Source: an uncultured Planctomycetaceae bacterium (GTDB lineage Bacteria > Planctomycetota > Planctomycetia > Pirellulales > PALSA-1355). Taken from it: a stretch of 64,000 bases of DNA. Under the pieces are notes generated by a model. It saw only the letters and a list, made by a program, of their open reading frames with translations, was not told the origin of the DNA and searched no databases. Below are positions 55,557-64,000 of this stretch, piece after piece. The stretch lies in NCBI GenBank assembly GCA_963785305.1, contig CAWAUV010000004.1, positions 160,001-224,000 on the forward strand, written 5' to 3'. The number at the start of each line of letters is the position of its first letter. The first letter of the stretch is position 1. A program made the translations under genes and the position numbers.

Positions 55557-58294
55557 ATGGCCAAAAAATCTCGCTCCCACAACGGAAAATCGCTCGTCAT
55601 CGTCGAATCGCCCGCCAAGGCGCGCACGATCAGCAAGTTCTTGGGCGCCGATTTCACGGTCGAGGCTAGCATCGGCCATGTGCGCGATTTGCCCCAGGGC
55701 GCGAAGGAAATCCCCGCTCAATATAAAAACGAGGATTGGGCCTACCTGGGCGTCAATGTGGCCCACGATTTCGACCCGGTCTATATCGTGCCGCCCGGAA
55801 AGACCGCCCAGGTTCGCAAACTCAAGGGACTGCTCAAGGACGCCAAGGACCTGTATCTGGCGACGGACGAAGACCGCGAGGGCGAGGCGATCAGTTGGCA
55901 TCTCCACGAACTGCTCCAGCCCGACGTGCCGGTGCATCGGCTCGTGTTTCATGAAATCACGAAAGAAGCCATTCAAGAAGCGCTCAACCATCCGCGCGCG
56001 ATCGATCAGGATTTAGTCAAGGCTCAAGAAACGCGCCGGATTCTCGATCGGCTCTATGGCTACGAAGTCTCCCCGCTCCTTTGGCGCAAAGTGCGACCCA
56101 AGCTCTCGGCAGGCCGGGTGCAAAGCGTGGCGGTGCGGCTTATCGTCGACCGCGAGCGGCAACGCATGGCCTTTGTCTCGGCCACCTATTGGGACCTAGT
56201 CGCTCGACTGGCGAGCGCTTCGGGCCAGGAGTTCGAGGCCGCGCTGGTTTCGGTCGATGGCCGCGAGATTCCGGTCGGCAAGGATTTCGATTCCGCGACC
56301 GGCAAGCTCAAGAACCCGAAGTTCCTGCTGCTCGACGAAAAAGCCGCCGCCGACTTGGCCGCGCGGCTCAATCGCGCCGCGTTTCGCGTTTCGGGCACCG
56401 AAGAAAAGCCCTTTACCTCGAAGCCCTCGCCGCCCTTCACGACCAGCACCTTGCAGCAAGAGGCCAACCGCAAGCTCGGCTTCACGGCCCGGCGCACGAT
56501 GAACGCCGCCCAAAGCCTCTACGAAAACGGCCACATTACCTATATGCGAACCGACTCGACCAACCTGGCCAAGGTGGCGGTCGACGCGGCCCGCGATCTG
56601 GTCGCCTCGCAATATGGCCGAGAATATATGCCCAACGAGCCGCGGACCTATCAGACCAAGGTCAAAAACGCGCAAGAAGCCCACGAAGCGATTCGCCCCG
56701 CCGGCTCGCCCTTTGCCTTGCCCGAATCGCTCCGCGGTCAACTGGGCGCCGACGAACAGCGGCTCTACGACATGATCTGGAAGCGAACCGTCGCCAGCCA
56801 AATGGCCGACGCGCGCGGACGCCGCATGACCGTGACGATCGAAGGTCGCGATGGCTCGGGCTCGCCCACGGCCCGGTTTCAAGCCGGCGGCAAGACGATC
56901 GACTTCGCCGGTTACTTGCGGGCCTATGTCGAGGGCTCCGACGATCCGCAAGCCGATCTGGCCGATAAAGATGTCGTGTTGCCGGCCATGGCGGTCGACG
57001 ATTCGCTCGCGCCCCGGGCGATCGAGGCCAAGAGCCACACCACCCAGCCGCCGGCCCGCTTCAGCGAAGCCGCTCTCACGCGGCGCTCGAGGAGATGGGC
57101 ATCGGCCGGCCGAGCACCTATGCCTCGATCATCGACACGATCGTGGCCCGCGAATATGTGTTCAAGAAAGGCACGGCGCTCGCGCCCACCTGGGTCGCCT
57201 TTGCCGTGGCCCAACTTCTTGAAGCCCACCTGCCCAAGCTGGTCGACTACGGTTTCACGGCTCAAATGGAAGACGACCTCGACTCGATCAGCCGCGGCGA
57301 GTCGGGCCATGTCGCCTATCTGCATAAATTCTACTACGGCGACGACCGGGCCTCCGAGCAAGACACCGTCGATGGCGACTCGGGACCGGGCCTCAAGAAA
57401 CAGCTCGAAAACAAAATCACCGAGGTCGATGCCCGCGAGATCAGCCGCATTCCCATCGGCAAGCCCGCGGGCGAAGAGCCGATCGTGGTGCGGGTCGGGC
57501 GATTTGGACCGTTTCTGGAGCAAGGCGATCGTCGAGCCAGCCTGCGCGAAGACCTCGCGCCCGACGAAATCACGCTCGGCAAAGCCCAAGAACTACTGGC
57601 CCAAGCCTCGCAGGCCGAGGAGCCGATCGGCGTTTGCGCCGAGACCGGCAAGCCGATCTATCTGAAGCTCGGTCGCTTCGGACCCTATGTGCAGCGCGGG
57701 AACGCCGAAGACGAAGAGAAGCCGAAAAACGCCTCGCTGCTGCGCGGCATGAAGCCCGAGGATGTGACGGTCGAAGTGGCGATGAAGCTACTCTCGCTAC
57801 CCAAGGACTTGGGCCCGCATCCGACAAGCGGCCTATCGATCGTGGTTTCCAACGGCCGCTTTGGTCCCTATGTGAAATGCGGCGACGACACACGCAGCCT
57901 GCCGGCCGGCGTGTCGCCGATCGACGTGACTCGCGAGGCGGCGCTCGAGCTGCTGGCGCAGCCCAAGGCCGCGCGGCGCGGTTTCGGCGCCAAGAAGGAG
58001 CCGCTGCGCACGCTCGATGTCTCGCCCATCACGGGGCAACCGGTGCTGTTACTCGAAGGCCGCTATGGGCCCTACCTGACCGACACCGTGACCAATGCCT
58101 CGCTGCCCAAGGGAGCGAATGCCGAAGCGCTCACGATGGCCGAAGCGCTCGAACTGCTCGCCGCCCGCGCCGCGCTCGGCCCGCCGGCCAAGAAAGCCTC
58201 GCGCCGCGCCAAAGCGCCCGCCGCGCCGAAAGCCGAAAAACCGGCGAAGAAGCGGGCCAAGAAAGCGACCAAGAAGTCATCGGGCAAGAAATAG
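55557..58294 (+). CDS. topA: DNA topoisomerase I (frameshift near 57082)
   Basis: IVESPAKA, ATDEDREGEAI, SAGRVQS, ITYMRTDS, AQEAHEAIRP, GIGRPSTYA; C-terminal GR(F/Y)GP repeats and Lys-rich tail. Confidence 0.96.
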
Positions 58295-58344
58295 GTTTTC
58301 GGGTCGCGGCGTGCTGGCCGCACAATGGGCCGCCGCCGGCGGTT

Positions 58345-60169
58345 TCACCGCATCGCGACACGTAGTGTCGCGGCATCGGTGGCTTCCGAAAAGGCGCCTT
58401 CGTACAGTGCCCAGTCCTTTCCGGATCGAAGGAGCGTCAACCCGCCCCACTCGATTGGCTTCGATTCATTGGCGGCCGAATCCACCGAATTGTTCATGGC
58501 ACGGCCCATGATATTTGCTTCCGCCGAACTGCCCAGCCGGGCGAGTGAACCGCGCACGAAGATGCGAAGCGATCGCACTCCGAGCCGCGTCGTCCCGAAC
58601 GCCGGATCGGTCTGTTCGAGACGTCCGACGATCACGAAACCTGAATCATGATCGAGGCGCCGATCGACCATTACATAGCCGGGCGGGGGCAAATCCTTGA
58701 GCTGCTCCGCCACCGGACGCTGGTTTGGACGAGGATCGGTAATCACGACGTTGATCCGTCGACGCGTAATCCAACTGACGACCGCGCTGCTGCGCGGCGG
58801 TCCCTCGGCCCACCAAATATGCGACGTCTTGGCGAGCAAAGTCGCGTCCTCGGGCACTTCGTCCGCCACGCCGGATTTCAGCGCGAGGCTCAGATTTCGC
58901 ATTGCGTCGGCTTCCATCGACTGATCGAAAATCGCGATCACATTGCGATGGGTGTCAAACGTTATCAGGGCAATACAGGCGTTCGCCGAAATCAGCGCCA
59001 CGGCGAATTTCCGTGCGTGGCGCGAGTCGAGCAACCAATTCGTCATGCCCACGGCCAACATCGCGACACCAAAGTATTGAACATAAACCGGCAGATAACC
59101 GTCTCCCATTCGTGCCCAGGCCTGGTATTTTGGCGAGAGCGCTATCGGCAGCCCAGGCAATATCCAAATCAAGGCGCCCATCGTGAGCAGCATGCGCGTG
59201 GAGGCGCGATCTTCCGCTCGCTTCTCGCTCCCATGCTTGCGCAAACAGTAAATGGTGATCACGGCCGCGGCGGCGAAGAACATCCAGTTATCCCAGCGCG
59301 AAAAAATCCGACTCGCCGACAATTGGGTCCGACTGTAACCGCCGGTGAGCGAATAGCTGCATGGCATCGCGGCCCATGCCTGCGCAAGCACCGTCTTCGC
59401 GATCGCGGTGAATTGGAAATTGGGTGAATAATCAGGAGACGCGAGGCGCGCGTTGAATCGCAGCCCAAGCGTGAATGCGACCAAAGCGAACGCCGTGATC
59501 CCGTGGGGTAGGATCGACTTCGCCGCGCGACGCCACTCGCCAAGCCATGCGTAGCTGGTGAGCAGGTACATCGGAAGGAAAAGGTAACTGATTTCGTAGT
59601 TCAAAAGCGCCGTCAGGAATAGCGCGACGCCCGCCACCAGCCAGCCGATCCGCCGCGTCTGCACATACTTCTGTTGACAGATCAGCGACAGGAGCATTTG
59701 CCCGACGAGAAATTGCAAGAGTCCCGAGAACGAAATAATCGCGTCCATGCCGGCGCGTCTGCAAAATCAAAATTGCCGACAATACGCCGAGCAAGGCGAT
59801 GGCGCGATCGACCTTCCAAATCCGCAGCAAGTAATAGAACTCAAGCAGATTCGAGATCGTGAGTAGGAGCAGGAATGCCTTATAAGCCGCCACGCTCTGA
59901 ATCAGACTATGCACGGCGTTGACGATCAGGAGATTGATCGGAAAAAACCGTCCGCCCCGCATCCACGTTTCGATGTGAAACCACATGAACTCGATGAATT
60001 CCTGCCCACGAATCAGCATCATGCCGCGATTCGGAGCATTGATGAGGTCGTCGTTGTAGAGTCCGGAACCGAGCATCGAAGATAGAAAAGCGACTCCAAA
60101 CGAAAGCACTAAAAGCAAGCCCGTCTGCTCTTTGACGATTCGCACGATCCGCCGCGCGCGCGCGGGCAA
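58345..60169 (-). CDS. Multi-pass membrane protein, possible GT-C glycosyltransferase (frameshift near 59750; start uncertain)
   Basis: GLYNDD first-loop motif, GRFFP, LLNYEISY; many TM segments; lower GC than flanks. Confidence 0.6.
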
Positions 60170-60873
60170 GCGGCTCCGACGACGTTCGGCCGCGCGAATC
60201 GAAAAGAGATCATCGAGCGATTCCTGATAGGCTAAGAATGCGATGCCGCCGCCCGCGCAAACGGGGGCCCATGCGGCGCGAGGCCGCGGCCTCGCGGGGG
60301 GCGGATACTACTTGTATTCCGGCAATTTCGACAAGACGGGATTTCGCCTTTCATAGTCGCGTTTTCTCGCTTATCCCGCATTTTTCCTTCATAACCCGCC
60401 AACACCAAACCCTCCTTTTCGAGTTCGCGCGATATTGAGCGCTCGGAAAGACGAGAACAATGGGTGTTCTCGGATAGCCGCCGGGAAGGCACGGCGGAAT
60501 CGAGGAAACGAAAAGCATTTTCTTCCGCGTCCGACGCCCAAATCGAAAGGTCGCGGCGGGTGGCAGTGCGTCAATTTGTCGCGGCGCCGATTGCATGCGG
60601 CCGGTTGAGCGACACGACGTGTCGCGCCCATGACTCGCCGTGGGCCGGCGCTTCCCGGATCGCTCCTTTCGTCGCGGCCAAGGCCGCGGTAAGGTGTAGG
60701 AAGTCCCGTCCGACGCGGGGACCTATAGGGTCCACGAGCGGCGCTCGCGAATCCCTTCGGTCGGTCACGAACTGGAGCGTTTCCAACGATGACGCCACGA
60801 TCGCCTCTCGCTTCCGAGCCCGAACCCGCCGCGCGATCCCGCCGCTCGCCGTCCTTGGCGCTGCGCCGGCGCG

Positions 60874-61908
60874 GTGGCGGCGCTGTCGCTCTTCGCGGGA
60901 CTCCTCGGCTGGAGCGTGTCGCGCGATCTGCATGACCTCGGGCAAGCGTCGGCCCCGAACACGGGTGGCCAAGACGGACGCGCCGAGGTGACCGAGCTTC
61001 CCGAGGCGACCGAGCTTCCCGAGGCGACCGCGCGGAGGCAAGTCGTTCGCTGGGCGATCGTGCTGGTGATCGGACTGATATTGATCGGCGTGGCGGGACG
61101 CCTGATTGCGGTCGCTTCCCGGCTCGGCGCCCTTGCCGAGCAGGAGGAAACAATGGCGCGCTGGCGCCGGCTCGCGCAACTCGGAGAACTCACCGGAGCG
61201 ATTGCCCATGAGATTCGCAATCCCCTCAATGCCATGCTACTGAACCTGCATGCCCTCGCCCGCCACGACCGCCATCTCGACTCGGGCGGACCGCCGGGCA
61301 ATGGCGATGCCTTGGAGCGGGCGACCATCGTGCGCGAGACGAACGACGACATCAAACGGGTCGAAAGCTTGATTCAAATGCTCGTGGACTACGCGCGGGG
61401 CGAGCCAGGCCGGCCGGAAGAAATCGACGCCGCCGAGCAAATCGCCGCCGCCGTGGAGCTGCGGCGGCCAAAACTCGAAGACGCTGGCATTGCCCTGCGG
61501 GTCGTCGGCGCCGACCGACCGGCCTTGGTGCTCGTGGATCGCAATCGACTGCGGCAAACAGTGCTCGTGCTGCTCGATCGCGTGCGCGAGGCGATCGGCG
61601 CGGGCGACTTGCCCCAGGATGCCCGGCGGATCGAGGTTTCGCTGCGGCGCGACGGCAACGAGGTCGAGATTCGCGTCGAGCACTCCGGGGCGGAACACGC
61701 CGCCGATTCGGTCCATCGGCCGTTTCCGCCGCTCGAAAGCCCGCAGCCGTCGGGCGCCGAATTGAGTCTGACGCTTGTGCGGGAATTTACGCGCGATGCT
61801 TTCGGCCGCCTCGAACAAGGACGATATCCGGGACACGGCCAGAGCTACCGTGTGTTTCTCCCGGCGCGCGTCGTGCGCGAAGAACCGCTCGCTTCCACGT
61901 TGTCTTGA
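60874..61908 (+). CDS. Membrane sensor histidine kinase-like protein with degenerate HATPase domain (true start possibly ATG 60789 via frameshift)
   Basis: Two TM segments; H-box AIAHEIRNPL intact; N, G1 and G2 boxes altered. Confidence 0.8.
   Translation: MAALSLFAGLLGWSVSRDLHDLGQASAPNTGGQDGRAEVTELPEATELPEATARRQVVRWAIVLVIGLILIGVAGRLIAVASRLGALAEQEETMARWRRLAQLGELTGAIAHEIRNPLNAMLLNLHALARHDRHLDSGGPPGNGDALERATIVRETNDDIKRVESLIQMLVDYARGEPGRPEEIDAAEQIAAAVELRRPKLEDAGIALRVVGADRPALVLVDRNRLRQTVLVLLDRVREAIGAGDLPQDARRIEVSLRRDGNEVEIRVEHSGAEHAADSVHRPFPPLESPQPSGAELSLTLVREFTRDAFGRLEQGRYPGHGQSYRVFLPARVVREEPLASTLS
60983..61030 (+). repeat. 18-bp coding tandem repeat x2.7 (E[V/A]TELP)
   Basis: CCGAGGTGACCGAGCTTC CCGAGGCGACCGAGCTTC CCGAGGCGACCG. 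Confidence 0.9.
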
Positions 61909-61928
61909 ACACGAAGGGCCCTTTTTGC

Positions 61929-63296
61929 ATGACGGATTCTCTCGCGACCATTTTGGTGGTCGAAGACGGTCAAAGCGAACGCGAGGCTCTGGTGCGGGTG
62001 CTGCGGCTCGAGCATTACAAAGTGCTCGCCGCGCGGCATCCCGACGAAGCCTTGGCGTTTACCGGCCAGCCGGTCGATCTTGTGATTAGCGACCTGCGGA
62101 TGGGCAAACGCTCGGGGCTCGACTTGCTCAAGGATTGGCGAAGCCAGTTCGGCGACACGCCCTTTATCATGATGACCGCCTTTGGCGACGTGGACTCGGC
62201 CGTGGCGGCCATGAAACTCGGCGCCGCCGACTTTCTCAGTAAACCGATCGAGCCCGAGGATTTGCTCAGCCGAGTGCGCGATTGCCTTCAGGCGCGCGGC
62301 CGTAGGGCGGGCGACGGCGCGCCCAGCGGCGAGGACTATCTGTCCCGAATCATCGGCGAGTCGCCCGGCATTCGCGAGGTGTGCGAGCAAGTGCGCAGGG
62401 TCGCGGCCACGGACACGACGGTCGTGATTCTCGGCGAACCCGGCGCCGGCAAGGAGCTCGTGGCCGAGGCGATTCATTACAACAGCCGCCGCGCGGCCGG
62501 GCCTTATGTGCCGGTCGACATGGCGGCGATTCCCGAAGCGATGATCGAAAGCGAGCTCTTCGGCCATGTGCAAGGCGCGTTCGAGGGCGCGATCGCCGAT
62601 CGCGTGGGTCGCTTCGAAGCAGCCGACGAAGGCACGATCTTTATCGACGAAATCTCCGATTTCCCGCTCGCCTTGCAAGCGAAGCTCCTGCGAGTGCTGG
62701 AGAATCAGGTGGTGATGCCGCTCGGCGCCAACCAAGGCCGCTCGGTCAATGTGCGCGTCGTGGCGGCCACGTGCCATGATCTCTCCGACCGCACGAGCGA
62801 GGGGCAATTTCGCCAAGACCTGTTCTATCGGCTCAATGTGGTGGCGATCCGCGTGCCGCCCTTGCGCGAGCGTCCACAAGACATTCCGCTCTTGGTGGCC
62901 CATTTCGTGCGTAATATCGCCCGCGCCCATGGCTCCTTGCCCTGCGAAGTGACTCCGGAGCTGATGCGCAAGTTGACCGGTTTGCCTTGGCCGGGCAATG
63001 TGCGGCAGCTTCGCAATTGCCTGGAGAGCATGATCGTGTTGGCGCCGGGCGCTTCGCTGCGCCTAGCGGATTTGCCGCCCGAACTGCTGATGGAATCGCC
63101 TATCGAGCGGCGGCCCGACGACGACACCCGCGACTCGGTGCTCGAGGAGACCAAGCGCGACGCCCTGATGCGCGCCCTGCGGCTCTATGGCGGCAATCGC
63201 ACCCGGGCGGCCGAGTATCTGGGCATTTCCGTGCGGACCGTGCAGCGCAAGCTCAAGGAATGGGGCCTTGCCGACTCGATGAAGGATGTGCCATGA
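61929..63296 (+). CDS. NtrC-family response regulator (REC-AAA+-Fis HTH) with GAFEGA variant
   Basis: LVVED, ISDLRM, MTAFG, SKP; GEPGAGKE, IDEI, FRQDLFYRL, WPGNVRQL; GNRTRAAEYLGIS. Confidence 0.93.
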   Translation: MTDSLATILVVEDGQSEREALVRVLRLEHYKVLAARHPDEALAFTGQPVDLVISDLRMGKRSGLDLLKDWRSQFGDTPFIMMTAFGDVDSAVAAMKLGAADFLSKPIEPEDLLSRVRDCLQARGRRAGDGAPSGEDYLSRIIGESPGIREVCEQVRRVAATDTTVVILGEPGAGKELVAEAIHYNSRRAAGPYVPVDMAAIPEAMIESELFGHVQGAFEGAIADRVGRFEAADEGTIFIDEISDFPLALQAKLLRVLENQVVMPLGANQGRSVNVRVVAATCHDLSDRTSEGQFRQDLFYRLNVVAIRVPPLRERPQDIPLLVAHFVRNIARAHGSLPCEVTPELMRKLTGLPWPGNVRQLRNCLESMIVLAPGASLRLADLPPELLMESPIERRPDDDTRDSVLEETKRDALMRALRLYGGNRTRAAEYLGISVRTVQRKLKEWGLADSMKDVP

Positions 63297-64000
63297 AGCC
63301 CACCGCGCCACATGCTTATGGAGTGGCGGTCTTGCTGGCGATCATCTCGGTGGTTGCCCGCTTTGTCACCGATCCGGTCTTGGGCGAGCGATCGCCTTTC
63401 GGCCTGGCGCTCGTGGCCGTGCTCTGCGCCGCGTGGTACGGCGGAGTGGGGCCCGCGTTCGTCACGGCAATCATCTCGATCGGGGTATCGACCTATTTCT
63501 TCCTGGAGCCGCGAGGTTCCTTTTTCGTGCTAGGGCAAGAACGGTCGGTGCTGCTGGTAAGCTTATTTACCGCGGCGACGATCGCGCTGCTCAGCGGCTC
63601 GTTGCGGTCAGCGCATGCCAAAGCCGCCCTGCATGCCCAGGAAGCGTCGCGGCGAGGGGAACTGCTGCGAGTCACCCTGGCGAGCATCGGCGATGGCGTG
63701 ATATCGACCAATGCCGCCGGACACGTGCTGTTTCTCAATACCGCGGCCCAGACGCTCACGGGCTATTCGCAAGACGAGGCCGCGGGCCAGCCGCTCGCCG
63801 CCGTGTTTCGGATCGCCGAGCCCGACTCCATGGCGAGCATTCAAACCGTCATTACGGCGGCCGTCTCCGGCGCGTCGGGCGAACCGCCCTCGGCGACGCA
63901 TCGCCAGTCGCCCGCCACGCTCGTGGCCCGCGGCGGCGACCCGTGCGCCGTGGAATACGACCTCGCTCCGATTCACAACGCCTCGGGCGCGGTCACCGGC
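63293..64000 (+). CDS. DUF4118 + PAS domain sensor (probable histidine kinase), partial
   Basis: ATGA overlap; manual translation gives AVLCAAWYGGVGPA...YFFLEPRGSF (DUF4118) then TLASIGDGVISTNAAGHVLFLNTAAQTLTGY (PAS); open to the edge. Confidence 0.85.
   Translation, partial: MKPTAPHAYGVAVLLAIISVVARFVTDPVLGERSPFGLALVAVLCAAWYGGVGPAFVTAIISIGVSTYFFLEPRGSFFVLGQERSVLLVSLFTAATIALLSGSLRSAHAKAALHAQEASRRGELLRVTLASIGDGVISTNAAGHVLFLNTAAQTLTGYSQDEAAGQPLAAVFRIAEPDSMASIQTVITAAVSGASGEPPSATHRQSPATLVARGGDPCAVEYDLAPIHNASGAVTG

Noticed and set aside
57075..57095. Programmed frameshift or pseudogenisation of topA
   Set aside because: No slippery site; one missing G restores ALTRALEEMGIGRPS, consistent with window-wide indel noise.

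Overview
GC-rich bacterial chromosomal segment, most likely Planctomycetota (Pirellulales-like). This is inferred from a DUF1501-DUF1549/DUF1553-DUF1501 cassette, a sulfatase, PQQ/BNR propellers, mfnB and many secreted hypotheticals. It has about 41 genes, including leuB, purine nucleoside phosphorylase, an hscC-type Hsp70 + J-domain cluster, two tandem GT-C-like membrane paralogues, infA, acpS, ugd-uxs, putA-mfnB, a PpiD-like chaperone, topA and a three-gene signalling operon running off the right edge. About 20 apparent frameshifts, one in topA, most likely reflect long-read indel errors. No rRNA, tRNA, CRISPR array, transposase or prophage was seen. Most notable: (1) a signalling operon pairing a histidine kinase with a degenerate ATP-binding domain and an NtrC-type regulator with GAFEGA instead of GAFTGA, coupled to a second DUF4118-PAS sensor; (2) two related MITE-like palindromic elements whose ends each supply the TAG stop codon of the neighbouring gene; (3) several structured intergenic RNA candidates, one with its own promoter and terminator beside an HNH nuclease gene; (4) an HscC cluster whose J domain has KPE instead of HPD. 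All family assignments come from motif recognition by eye, not database searches.
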